A DNA stretch of 64,000 nt from Thermoplasmata archaeon (GTDB lineage: Archaea; Thermoplasmatota; SW-10-69-26; JACQPN01; JAJPHT01), in NCBI GenBank assembly GCA_034667685.1, contig JAXDQU010000054.1, forward strand, positions 20,742-84,741. The letters are read 5' to 3'. The notes beneath the pieces were generated by a model that was not told where the DNA came from, ran no database searches, and saw only the letters and a list, made by a program, of their open reading frames with translations. Positions 1-9,755 of the stretch are shown one piece after another (within the stretch, counting starts at the first letter, position 1; each line of letters opens with the position of its first letter). The translations under genes were made by a program, and so were the position numbers.

Positions 1-3000
1 GGCCGCGCAGGATCGGCATCTGGCTCCACGGACGCGCGTCGCCCGCGGCGCGAAGCGCGGCCTTGGCCGCCAACGTCGCGGCGAGCCAATCCTCCTTGCG
101 CTTCGTGACGGGCAGCGCGGAGAGCGCGGCCTGCTCGTCGGGTGATAGCACGCCCGACCAGAGGCCGGGCCGCTCCAGGAGCGCGCGCGCCGTCTCGACG
201 CCCACGCGCGTGACGTTGGTGCCGCCCACGTGCACGACGTCGTGCAGCCAGGGCGCGATGCCCGGAAGCGCGGCGGGGCCCGTGACGATGAGCGCGACGC
301 CCTGCATCGCGATGGCGACCTCGCCGTCCACGATGCATTGCACGTCGCCCTTGACGCGGTTGTCCTCCAGGCGCGCGTGCGCGACGCGGTACGTGGCGCG
401 GCCCGGCTCGAAGGGGCCGAAGAGGTCGACGCGCCCCACGCGCTCGGGAAGCGCCATGACGCCGCCCACGGCGAGGCCCCAGAGGCCCAGCGCCTGGAAC
501 GCGCCCTCCATGAGCGCGGCCGCGGGCGGGATCCCCTCGGCGGGGGCGCGGCCCGCGCACTCGATGCCATCCGACGCGGCGCGCGTCGGGCGTGATAGCA
601 CCTGGAACGCGGGGCCATGGAAGAACGGCGGGTAGACCCGCTCCGCGCTCCAGGGGTGCCCGGCGGCGCTCCACGGCGCGGGGCGCGGCGCGGCCGTGCC
701 GAGCAGGCGCGCGGTGAAGTGCGTGCGCGGCTGGCGAAGAGGACCCGGAGGGACGGAGGTGACGGAGGCCCTGCCGCCGCTCTCGACGTGCACCGTGATA
801 TCAACGGGCTGGTCGCGCAGCAGCTTCACCGGGTACGCGAAGTGCACGTCCTCCATCGCGGGGACCGGCGTGGGCGACGCGCTCGTCATCGCGCTCATGC
901 CCAGGACACCCGCGAGGTAGGGCACGCCCTCGACGCGGTGGTCGTCGAGCGCCGGGTCGGTGGCGCGCAGGGTCTGCGTCGATCCGGCGGGCTGCCCGAC
1001 GGGCTCCTCGTGCGGCTGCGCCTCGAGCTGGCCGAGGCCCTTCGCGAGCACGACCTCGGGCTCGTCGAGGCGCGCCAGCTCCGAGAGGAACGCGGAGACG
1101 CCCTCCGCCGTGGTGATGGGCTCGACGCCCGCGGCCTTGAGCACGGTGAGCGTGCTCCCCTTCGTCGCCATGCCGACCTCGCCCCACGGGCCCCAGGCGA
1201 ACACGGAGGCGCCGACGCCCTTGGCGCGCAGCGCGCGGGCCAATTTTGATATCGCGTCGTTGGCGGCGGAGTAGTCGGCTTGCGCCGCGTTGCCGTAGCG
1301 CCCCGCGACGCTGCCGAACATGACGAAGAACGCCGGCGGCTCCTTCTCCAGGAGACGCGCGAGGGCGAACGCGGCCTCGGCCTTGGGCTTCCACGCGCGG
1401 TCGAAGGCGCCTTCGTCCTTGTCGGCGAGGCGCTTGCTCTCCTCCAGGCCCGCGGCGTGGATGACGCCGTGGATGCGCCCGAAGCGCGCGCGGACGTCGT
1501 GGACCGCGCGCTCCAGCGCCGCGACGTCGGAGGCGTCGGCCTGCACGTACTCGGCGGTGGCGCCCAGCGCGCGAAGCTCGGCGAGGTTGCGCGCGATCTC
1601 CGCCTTGGCGCGCAGCGGCGCGACGCGCTTCTCGATGGCGACGGGCGTGACGCGCTCGCCGGCGGCCTTGAGGTCGGCCATCGCCTGCTCCTTGGCGCGC
1701 GTCTCGTCGAACGCTTCGCCGGTGGGCGGCGCGGTGCGGCCCAGGAGGACGAGCGTCGGCTTCTGCGGCGCGAGCGCCTTGAGCGCTTCCGCGGTGATGC
1801 CGCGCGCTCCGCCCGTCACGAGCAGCACGGCGCCCGCGGGCAGCTTGGGGTGCTGGCCGTCCGTCGTGCCCGCCTCGATGGTGCGCACGACGACGCGGCC
1901 GCGCGCGGAGCGGCCCACCTCGACCAGCGAGCGCTCGACGCGCAGCTCCGCCTCGACGTGGTGGACGCGGCGCGCGACGTCCTCGGCGGGATCGAGGTCC
2001 AGCGCGCGCACCCACGCCTTGGGGAACTCGGCCGCGAGCGCCTTCGCCATGCCGGTCAGGCCGCCCTGCTCGGGGTGCGCCGCGTGGTCGATGCCGCTGT
2101 GGCCGCCCATCTCGGTGACGACGAGCAGGCCGAGCCTTCCGTTGTCGAGGTCGTTGGCGCGGCTGCGCGCGAAGAGGAACAGCTCGCGCGCGGGGCCGCT
2201 GAAGATCGCGATATCACCTTGGGCGTGCGGCCACTTGTGGCGCAGCGCCTCGGCGAGCGCGCCGTGCCCGGCCACGAAGGCGGATCGCGTGGCGCTCCCC
2301 TCGGCGTGCGCGGGCGAGACGCGCGGCACGCGACGGACGAGCGCGGTGGCCGGCGCGTTCACGCGCGCCGTGTCGAGCGGCGCGGCGCTGGCGGCCGTCT
2401 GCGCGGCGGTGGCGCGGCCCGCGTGCGTGCTGATGAAGCCCGCGACGTGGCTCATCGTCGGGTAGTCCTTGAGGTTGACGCCCTCGATGCGCGGGATGCC
2501 GAACGCCTCGCGCAGCTCGCCGAAGATCTCGGCCTGCTTCACGGTGTCAATGCCCAGGTCCGCTTCCATGTCGAGGTTCGGATCGAGCATCTCCGGCGGG
2601 TAGCCGGTCTTCTGCGCGACGAGCGCCACGACCTTCGATAGCACGTCGTGCGCGGCGCCGGGGCCCTTCTGTGGCGCGGGGGCAGGCTGCGGCGCGGCGG
2701 GGTTGGGCGCGAACTGCGCGGGCGGCGCGGTGAACGGCACGGGCGGCGTGGGCGCCATCGCCTCCGCCACGGTCGGCGTGCCCGACATGCGCGAGACGAG
2801 GTAGTCGGCCACCTTCGCCAGCGTCGGGATGTCCTTGAGCGTCAGCTTGTCGTCGCGCGGCAGCCCGTAGCTCTCGCGCAGGATGCCGAAGATCTCCGCC
2901 TGCTTGACGGTGTCAATGCCCAGGTCCGCCTCCATGTCGAGGTTGGGATCGAGCATCTCGGGCGGATAGCCCGTCTTCTCGGCGACGAGGCCCATGACCT

Positions 3001-6000
3001 TCTGGACGACGGCCTCGCGCGGGACGCCGGCGACCGGGGAGGCCGGCGCGGGCTTCGGCGCCTCGGTCTGGACCGGCACGCTCACGGGCGGCGCGGGCGC
3101 CACGGTCGCGTTGCCGGTGACGCGGAGCACGCGCCCCTGCATCGCCGTCTTGGCGCCGCTGCCGCCGACGCACTGGTCGAGGAACGATTGATAGCGCGTG
3201 GCGTCCGCGACGCGGGCATCGCCCTGCGCCATGCGCTCGAAGAACGCCATCGCGAGCTGCGAGCCGAAGCCCGCGCTGAAGCGCATGGCGAACCGGCGCT
3301 GGTGCGCGCCGCCGCGGCTGAGGTTCAGGTCGGCGAACTCCGGGTCGACGTCGCGCAGGTTGGCGATCGGCGGCACCTTGCCGTATTGCAGCGACTTGAC
3401 CGCGAGGGCGTCCTCGATGCCTGCGCCCATCGGGTGGCCGGTGAAGCCCTTCGTGTTGGTCACGAGGACCTTGGTCGCGCCGCTGCCGAACGCCGCGCGC
3501 ATGGCGGCCGCCTCGGCCGACGCGGAGCCGCCGCGGGCGGGCGTGTACGTCTCGTGCGAGACGAAGATGGTGTCCTGGCCGAGCGCGTCGACGGCGAGGT
3601 TCAGCCGCCTCGCGGCGGCGTCGACCAGCGCCTTGGCCTCCTTGGCGATGTGCTCGACGTGGAGGCGCGAGCCGTGGTACGCGCTGTTCGCGATGCGGGT
3701 CGCGACGAGCCGGGCGACGGGCGTCATGCCGCGCGCCTCCACGTCCTCGCGGCGCTCCAGCACGAGGCCGACGGCGCCCATGCCGATGATCATGCCGTGG
3801 CGGCGGCGGTCGAACGGAAGCGCGCCTTCCTCGACGCTGCCGGCGGTGGTGGCCGCGCCGGAGACGAGGAAGCCGCTGCCGATCCACTCCAGGAGGTTCT
3901 CGGAGGTCACGTCGTCCGCGCCGACCACCACGACGCGTCGCGCTCGGCCGGTGCGCATCCAGTCCTCCGCGATGGCGATGGCCTGCGTGCTGCTGCTGCA
4001 CGCCGCGTTGACCTGCGTGTTGGGCCCGCGCGCGACGATCGTCTCGGCAAGCTCGGCGTGCCCGAGGCTGAGGATGCTGAAGAGGAAGTGGCGGTTGAAC
4101 GCCGCGACACCGTCCTCGTCGCCCGCGAGCTCGTGCAGCTCGTGCGCGTGCTTGGCGTAGAACGCGCTGATGCGGCTCTTCTTCTCGACGGGCACGGCGT
4201 CCAGAAGCTCGTGGTAGAGCGCGTCGAGCTCCGTGAGCGTGGCCTTCGCGTAACGCCTCGCCAGGTGGCGGCTCACTTCCTGCACGAAGTTGTCGTAGCC
4301 GGGGAACGCGCTGGCGAAGATGATGCCGGTGTCGTCCTGCATGTGCGGAGGCAGCACCCAGTCGCCGGGGAGGATCTTCCCGGTGGTCGTGCGCTTCATC
4401 TCCTGCACCATCGGGATGCCCGCGTCCCGCAGCGCCTCGTAGGCCGCCGCGATGGCGAGCTTGCTGGTGATATCAAGCGTCTTGAGGAGCTTGGGATCGA
4501 CGGCGTAGTCGCGCTCCATGTCGAGCCCGCCCTTGCGCCCGGCGAGCTTGAGGACCTCGCTGGCGTCCTTCACGGGCTCCATGCGCGGCTCGCCCTCGCC
4601 CTTCACGAGCCGGACGATCTCCTTGTCGAGGAACTTGCCCGCCCATTGCGTGTCGAGCCGGTCGATGCGGTTCTCGCCGCGGAAGAGCGCCTCGAAGTTG
4701 TCGTCGCCGAAGATGCGCTTCGCGGAGCCGGGCAGCCCCGCGGCCGCGCCGCTGACCACGACGTCGACGGGGAGCAGGCCATAGCGCGAGAAGGCGCCCT
4801 CGGCCTCCTTCAGGCGCGCAAGCTCGCGCTGGAAGCCATCAAAGCTGCTCTTGAGCGCCGCGTCGAGCATGGGCTGGACGCTGGTGCGGAACGCCTCGTA
4901 GCTGCCGTCCGTCGGGCCGACGACCTGCGTCGGGCGCGGCGCCGCGGCCTGCGGCATGGCCTCGGTGGCGTCGCCGCTGGGCAAGGATAGCTCGAACCCG
5001 ACGGCGCCCAGCTTGGCGACCGAGTCCAGGAACGAGGCGAGGTCGCCGCGCTTGGGGTGGTTCGTCGTGACCGCGAGCACGGCCTGGCCCAGGGTGGCCT
5101 CGACGAAGCCCGAGAGCGCGCGCTTCGGGCCGACCTCGACGAAGATCGTCGCGCCCGCGGCCTGCATCGCCTTCAGCTCCGCGATCCACTCGACGGGCGC
5201 GGCGATCTGCTTGGAAAGGATATCACGAATCGCGTCGGGGCTCGCGGGGTAGAGCGTCGCGTCGATGTTCGTGTAGCACGGGATGCGTGGCGCCTGGAAG
5301 CCGAGCCGATCCAGCACGCGGCGCAGCGGCTGCGCGGCGGGCGCCACGATGCTCGTGTGGAACGCGGCGCTCACGTTGAGCTGCATCACGTCGATGCCCA
5401 TGCTTTTGGCGACCTGCATCGCCTTCTGCACGGCCGGCGTCTCGCCCGCGATCACGGTCTGCACGGGACAGTTCTTGTTGGCCGCGACGACGTAGCCGGG
5501 CACCTGGCGGAGCACCTGCTCGACCTGCTCGGGGCCCGCGGAGACGGAGGCCATCAGGCCCTTGTCGGGCACCTGGACGCCGGCCATCTCCTTGCCGCGC
5601 GCCGAGACGGCGAGCAGCGCGTCTTCGAACGATAGCACGCCCGCGGCCACGAGGGCTGCGTACTCGCCCAGCGAGTGGCCGCCTACCATGTCCGGCTTGA
5701 TGCCGTGCTCGGCCAGCAGGCGGAAGATGGCGACGTCGGCCGCGAGCATCGCGGGCTGCGTCACCTCGGTCTGCTTGAGCGACTCCTCGGCGCGCGCCAC
5801 CGCGGCCGCGTCCTTCGGGTCGACCCAGAGCAGCGTGGTGAGCTTGCTTCCGAGCAGCGGCTCCAGCACGCGGTCCGCCTCGTCGAACGTCGCGCGCACC
5901 ACCGGGTAACGCATGGCAAGCTCGCGGCACATGTTGGCGTACTGCGAGCCCTGGCCCGGGAAGAGGAACGCGACCTTGCCCGTGGGACGGCCCTCGGCGA

Positions 6001-8776
6001 ACGCGGCGCCCTTGACCTTGAGCGGGAGCGCCTGGCGTCCCTTCGGGTCGAGGATCAGCGGCGCGGCGGCTTCGAGCGCGGCGGCGAGCCCGGCGCGGTC
6101 CTGCGCGCCCAGCCCCAGGCGCACGCTGCGGGTGTGCGCGCGGGGCGTCCGCACGTGGCGCGCGGCCTGCTCCAGCGTCGCGGCGGCCTTGACCTGTGCG
6201 ACCGCGGCCTTCGCCTCCGCGGCCAGGCCTTCCACGCTGTCGGCCGCGAGCACCACGACCTCGCCCTCGATCTGCGGGGCGAGGGCGGCGGGCGCGCGGG
6301 CCTGCAAGGGCGCGGCCGCGGGCTTCGGCTTCGCCGCGTGGTACTCGGGCAGGAATTCCTCGAGGATGACGTGGAAGTTCGTGCCGCCGAAGCCGAACGC
6401 GGAGACGGCGGCGCGGCGCGGCTCGCCCGTGGGCGTCTTGGGCCACGGCTCGGCGCTCGTCTGCACCTTGAAGGGGACCTTGCTCCAGTCGATGTTCGGG
6501 TTGGGCGTCTGGAAGTTGATCGACGGCGGGAGCGTCTTGTGGTGGAGCGCGAGCGCGGCCTTGAGCATGCCCGCGGCACCCGCGGCGCTCTTGAGGTGGC
6601 CGATCTGCGACTTGACGGAGCCGAGCGCGACGCTCTGGGACGGGAGCGGGCCGAAGACCTCGGCGATGCTCTCGACTTCGACCACGTCGCCGACCTTGGT
6701 GCTCGTGCCGTGCGCCTCGACGAGCTGCACGTGCTTGGGCTGGACCTCGGCGACCTGGAAGGCGCGCTTGACGGCGAGCTTCTGGCCGTCGGGGTTGGGC
6801 GCGGTGATGCCCTTGCCCTTGCCGTCGCTGCTGCTGCCCATCCCGCGGATGACGCAATAGATGCGGTCGCCGTCGCGCACCGCGTGAGATAGCTTTTTCA
6901 GGAGCAGGATCGCGACGCCCTCGCCCATGACGAAGCCGTTGGCGCGCGCGTCGAAGGGGGTGCTGCCGGTGGGCGAAAGCGCGCCGATCTTGCAGAACTT
7001 GACGTAGGTCGCGGGGTCCATGCTGCGGTCCGCGCCGCCGCAGAGCACCATGTCGGCCTCGCCGCCGAGGATCGCCTTGACGGCGGTGTCGAGCGCGGCG
7101 TGGCTGCTGGCGCACGCGGCGTCGGTGGTGAGGTTCTTGCCGGTGAGATTCAGCACGTTGGCGAGCCGGCCGGCGATGACGTTTGATAGCTCGCCGGGCA
7201 TCGAGTCCTCGGTGATGGTGGGCAGCGTCGCCTTGAACTGCGCGAGCGCGCGGTCCACGTCGGCGGCCGGCATCGACTTGCGCAGCGCTGCGGCGAACTC
7301 CGCGGCGTGCATGCGCTTCGAGGTCTCGTCCTTCATCTCGCCGCCCAGCGAGTTGCCCAGGATGACGGCGCAGCGCTGGCGATCGAACGGCTTGCGGTCA
7401 TACCCCGCGTCCGCGAGCGCCTCGGCAGCCGCCGTCAGCGCCATCTGCTGCACGGGGTCGAGCGCCTTCGCCGTGTTGGGCGGGATGCGGAACTTCAGCG
7501 CGTCGAAGCGGAAGCCGGTGATGAAGCCCCCGATCTTCGCGTAGGTCTTGTCCTCCTTCGTCGGGTCCGGGTCGTAGTGCACGCTCGCGTCCCAGCGGTC
7601 GGCCGGGACCTCGACGATGCAGTCCACCTTGTTCAGGACGTTCTGCCAGAACTCGCCCGCGTTGTTCGCGCGCGGCAGCACGGCGCCCACGCCGATGATC
7701 GCCACGGCCTCCTCGTGCGGCACCGTCTCGAAGCGCGGCGCGGTGACGGGCTCCGCGTTCAGCCGGGTGTGCCCGATGGGCGCGGCGGGGGGCTCGGCCA
7801 TCCGAGGATCGGGCATCGCCTCGCGCGGGGGAGGCGAAGGGATGCTGGGGGAGGCGGAGGGAGGTGGGGGGAGGCTGGGGGTGGGCGCCGCGCCCATGCG
7901 CCCCGCGAGATAATCCGCCACTTTCTCGAGCGTCGGGATGTCCTTGAGCGTGAGCTTGTCGTCGCGCGGCAATTGATAGCTTTCGCGCAGGATGCCGAAG
8001 ATCTCCGCCTGCTTCACCGTGTCGATGCCGAGGTCCGCCTCCATGTCGAGGCCGGGGTCGAGCAGGTCCTTCGGGTAGCCGGTCTTCTGCGCCACGAGGT
8101 CGATGACCTTCGCCAGGACCGCAGCCCGCGTAGCGGGCGAGGACCCCGACGAAGCCGCAGCTTCGTTGAGGACTTCCTCGCGCTTCGCTCCGGACGCGGC
8201 GGGCGCGGGCGGAGCGGCGGGCGCAGCAGCGGGCGCCGGGACCGGCGCGGGCGGGGGCGGCGGAGGGAGGCTCGGGGAGGCGGAGGGAGGCGGGGGGAGG
8301 CTGGGCGCGCCGAGGTCGCTGCGCACCTGCGCGATCGCGCCCGCGAGCGAGCCGGCGCGCTTGGCGAGGAACGGCGCGAGCAGCGCGTCGCGGCCCACCT
8401 TCAGGCCGCTGGGCAGCGTGGCGGAGCCGCCCGCGAAGTCGTTCGCGCCGAGCCGCGCCATCGCGGCCTTGTCGTCGGCGGAGAGCGGCGACTCGGGGAG
8501 GAGCCAGAGCTGCGCGTCGAGGATGACGCCCGCGGCGCCGGCCTCCGCGACGGCCTTGAGCGTCGCGCGGTCGAGTCCGCCCTGGGCCAGCGGTTGCTGC
8601 CCCAGGGACACCAGCCGCTTGACCTCGGCGAGCGTCTGCGCGGACGTCTGTCCGCGCGCGACGGGGTGGCCGTCCACGACGGCGTCGTCCGCGAACATGA
8701 GCGGCAGGCCACCGGCGGCTGCCACCTTGACGGCGAAGTCCGGGTTCCCGTTCGGCGTGACGACGTAGAGCTTCAT
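1..8776 (-). CDS. Iterative type I polyketide/fatty-acid synthase (PfaA-like), 3'-partial; domains: degenerate NMO/FabK-like segment, ACP, KS, AT, KS, ACP, ACP, KR, DH, PPTase
   Basis: Manual translation from ATG 8776 (MKLYVVTPNG) stays open to the window edge. KS1: DAACASS (Cys codon 7112-7114), HGTST, GHLKSAAG. AT: FPGQGSQ, GHSLG (Ser 5672-5674), SAAFH. KS2: NAACSSS (Cys 3998-4000), SHETYT, GHPMGAG. Three ACPs with DLGIDTVKQAE. KR: TGGARGIT, YSAAN. DH: DDHRVEGVPYL. Sfp-like LSPDE...DWLAATLAAKAA at the edge. Confidence 0.93.
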   Translation of the reverse strand, partial: MKLYVVTPNGNPDFAVKVAAAGGLPLMFADDAVVDGHPVARGQTSAQTLAEVKRLVSLGQQPLAQGGLDRATLKAVAEAGAAGVILDAQLWLLPESPLSADDKAAMARLGANDFAGGSATLPSGLKVGRDALLAPFLAKRAGSLAGAIAQVRSDLGAPSLPPPPSASPSLPPPPPPAPVPAPAAAPAAPPAPAASGAKREEVLNEAAASSGSSPATRAAVLAKVIDLVAQKTGYPKDLLDPGLDMEADLGIDTVKQAEIFGILRESYQLPRDDKLTLKDIPTLEKVADYLAGRMGAAPTPSLPPPPSASPSIPSPPPREAMPDPRMAEPPAAPIGHTRLNAEPVTAPRFETVPHEEAVAIIGVGAVLPRANNAGEFWQNVLNKVDCIVEVPADRWDASVHYDPDPTKEDKTYAKIGGFITGFRFDALKFRIPPNTAKALDPVQQMALTAAAEALADAGYDRKPFDRQRCAVILGNSLGGEMKDETSKRMHAAEFAAALRKSMPAADVDRALAQFKATLPTITEDSMPGELSNVIAGRLANVLNLTGKNLTTDAACASSHAALDTAVKAILGGEADMVLCGGADRSMDPATYVKFCKIGALSPTGSTPFDARANGFVMGEGVAILLLKKLSHAVRDGDRIYCVIRGMGSSSDGKGKGITAPNPDGQKLAVKRAFQVAEVQPKHVQLVEAHGTSTKVGDVVEVESIAEVFGPLPSQSVALGSVKSQIGHLKSAAGAAGMLKAALALHHKTLPPSINFQTPNPNIDWSKVPFKVQTSAEPWPKTPTGEPRRAAVSAFGFGGTNFHVILEEFLPEYHAAKPKPAAAPLQARAPAALAPQIEGEVVVLAADSVEGLAAEAKAAVAQVKAAATLEQAARHVRTPRAHTRSVRLGLGAQDRAGLAAALEAAAPLILDPKGRQALPLKVKGAAFAEGRPTGKVAFLFPGQGSQYANMCRELAMRYPVVRATFDEADRVLEPLLGSKLTTLLWVDPKDAAAVARAEESLKQTEVTQPAMLAADVAIFRLLAEHGIKPDMVGGHSLGEYAALVAAGVLSFEDALLAVSARGKEMAGVQVPDKGLMASVSAGPEQVEQVLRQVPGYVVAANKNCPVQTVIAGETPAVQKAMQVAKSMGIDVMQLNVSAAFHTSIVAPAAQPLRRVLDRLGFQAPRIPCYTNIDATLYPASPDAIRDILSKQIAAPVEWIAELKAMQAAGATIFVEVGPKRALSGFVEATLGQAVLAVTTNHPKRGDLASFLDSVAKLGAVGFELSLPSGDATEAMPQAAAPRPTQVVGPTDGSYEAFRTSVQPMLDAALKSSFDGFQRELARLKEAEGAFSRYGLLPVDVVVSGAAAGLPGSAKRIFGDDNFEALFRGENRIDRLDTQWAGKFLDKEIVRLVKGEGEPRMEPVKDASEVLKLAGRKGGLDMERDYAVDPKLLKTLDITSKLAIAAAYEALRDAGIPMVQEMKRTTTGKILPGDWVLPPHMQDDTGIIFASAFPGYDNFVQEVSRHLARRYAKATLTELDALYHELLDAVPVEKKSRISAFYAKHAHELHELAGDEDGVAAFNRHFLFSILSLGHAELAETIVARGPNTQVNAACSSSTQAIAIAEDWMRTGRARRVVVVGADDVTSENLLEWIGSGFLVSGAATTAGSVEEGALPFDRRRHGMIIGMGAVGLVLERREDVEARGMTPVARLVATRIANSAYHGSRLHVEHIAKEAKALVDAAARRLNLAVDALGQDTIFVSHETYTPARGGSASAEAAAMRAAFGSGATKVLVTNTKGFTGHPMGAGIEDALAVKSLQYGKVPPIANLRDVDPEFADLNLSRGGAHQRRFAMRFSAGFGSQLAMAFFERMAQGDARVADATRYQSFLDQCVGGSGAKTAMQGRVLRVTGNATVAPAPPVSVPVQTEAPKPAPASPVAGVPREAVVQKVMGLVAEKTGYPPEMLDPNLDMEADLGIDTVKQAEIFGILRESYGLPRDDKLTLKDIPTLAKVADYLVSRMSGTPTVAEAMAPTPPVPFTAPPAQFAPNPAAPQPAPAPQKGPGAAHDVLSKVVALVAQKTGYPPEMLDPNLDMEADLGIDTVKQAEIFGELREAFGIPRIEGVNLKDYPTMSHVAGFISTHAGRATAAQTAASAAPLDTARVNAPATALVRRVPRVSPAHAEGSATRSAFVAGHGALAEALRHKWPHAQGDIAIFSGPARELFLFARSRANDLDNGRLGLLVVTEMGGHSGIDHAAHPEQGGLTGMAKALAAEFPKAWVRALDLDPAEDVARRVHHVEAELRVERSLVEVGRSARGRVVVRTIEAGTTDGQHPKLPAGAVLLVTGGARGITAEALKALAPQKPTLVLLGRTAPPTGEAFDETRAKEQAMADLKAAGERVTPVAIEKRVAPLRAKAEIARNLAELRALGATAEYVQADASDVAALERAVHDVRARFGRIHGVIHAAGLEESKRLADKDEGAFDRAWKPKAEAAFALARLLEKEPPAFFVMFGSVAGRYGNAAQADYSAANDAISKLARALRAKGVGASVFAWGPWGEVGMATKGSTLTVLKAAGVEPITTAEGVSAFLSELARLDEPEVVLAKGLGQLEAQPHEEPVGQPAGSTQTLRATDPALDDHRVEGVPYLAGVLGMSAMTSASPTPVPAMEDVHFAYPVKLLRDQPVDITVHVESGGRASVTSVPPGPLRQPRTHFTARLLGTAAPRPAPWSAAGHPWSAERVYPPFFHGPAFQVLSRPTRAASDGIECAGRAPAEGIPPAAALMEGAFQALGLWGLAVGGVMALPERVGRVDLFGPFEPGRATYRVAHARLEDNRVKGDVQCIVDGEVAIAMQGVALIVTGPAALPGIAPWLHDVVHVGGTNVTRVGVETARALLERPGLWSGVLSPDEQAALSALPVTKRKEDWLAATLAAKAALRAAGDARPWSQMPILRG

Positions 8777-8780
8777 GATA

Positions 8781-9602
8781 TCACTGGGGCCCTTCGTAGG
8801 GGTTGAGACGAGGCTCGATGAGCAGGCGGTCCATCTCGGGCGGCGCGCCGACGCTGACGTAGCCCGCGTCGACGTAGATCGTCTGTCCCGTGATGCCGCC
8901 GCTGTCGGGCGTGAGGAGGAACCGCGCGGCCTTCGCGACGTCGACCTGCGTGACGTTGCGGCGCAGCGGCGTGTTGTTCGCCATCCAGTCGAGGATCTGG
9001 TCGAAGCCGGGCACGCCGGAGGCGGCGAGCGTCTTGATCGGGCCCGCGCTGATGGCGTTGACGCGGATGCCGTAGCCGGGGCCGACGCTCGCGGCCAGCT
9101 CGCGCACGAGCGACTCGATGGCAGCCTTCGCGGTGCCCTGCACGCGGTAGCCCGGGACGACGCGCTGGCCGCCCAGGTACGTGAGGGCGACGATGCCCGC
9201 GTCGCGGTTGAGCAGCGGCAGGCCGTTGCGCACGACGCGGACGAGGCTGTACGCGCTGATGGTGAGCGTGGTGTTGAAGTCGGCCTCGGTGGTCTCCGTG
9301 ATCGGCTTCATGAGCGCCTCGGCGGGCGTGAAGGCGATGGCGTGGACGAGGCCGTCGTACTTGCCGTGGAGCTTGGCGTGGAACGCCTTGACCGAGTCCT
9401 CGGAGGAGACGTCGCACTCCTCCATCTGGTCGATCCACTTCTGGTCCTTCGCAAGCTGGAGGACGCGGCTCATGAACCGCTTCTGGTAGGCGAGCGTGAC
9501 GGTCGCGCCGCGGCCCGCAAGCTCCTGTGCGATGGCCCAGGCGATGCTGGTGTCGCTGGCGACGCCGTACACGAGGAAACGCTTGCCTTGGAGGTCGTTC
9601 AT
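8781..9602 (-). CDS. fabI: Enoyl-ACP reductase (FabI-type SDR)
   Basis: GVASDTSIAWAIA N-terminus, HAIAF, catalytic YxxxxxxK (YRVQGTAK), IRVNAISAGPIKTLAA, ITGQTIYVDAG. Confidence 0.9.
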   Translation of the reverse strand: MNDLQGKRFLVYGVASDTSIAWAIAQELAGRGATVTLAYQKRFMSRVLQLAKDQKWIDQMEECDVSSEDSVKAFHAKLHGKYDGLVHAIAFTPAEALMKPITETTEADFNTTLTISAYSLVRVVRNGLPLLNRDAGIVALTYLGGQRVVPGYRVQGTAKAAIESLVRELAASVGPGYGIRVNAISAGPIKTLAASGVPGFDQILDWMANNTPLRRNVTQVDVAKAARFLLTPDSGGITGQTIYVDAGYVSVGAPPEMDRLLIEPRLNPYEGPQ

Positions 9603-9755
9603 CGGGCTCTCGTTCTCCTATCTTGTCTCGGGGGTTTGAAGGGGCGGGGTGCTCCGCATGCGACGACGCGACGAGCGCGATGCCCGCGACGTTCCGAAAG
9701 GAGTCGTCGCGGGCGTCGCGTCCGTCGCCGCATCGCATGCGGAGCCGCGAAGCGC

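Noticed and set aside
7845-8305. ~32-bp direct repeat and G-rich runs (possible G-quadruplex or array)
   Set aside because: Encodes duplicated Pro-rich linkers (PSLPPPPSASPS) flanking ACP1
63-8806. Many long plus-strand and alternative-frame ORFs over the PKS (e.g. 2648-4990, 5223-7115, 7307-8806)
   Set aside because: Shadow ORFs caused by high GC3; Arg/Ala/Gly-rich with no motifs; the real gene is the minus-strand frame from 8776
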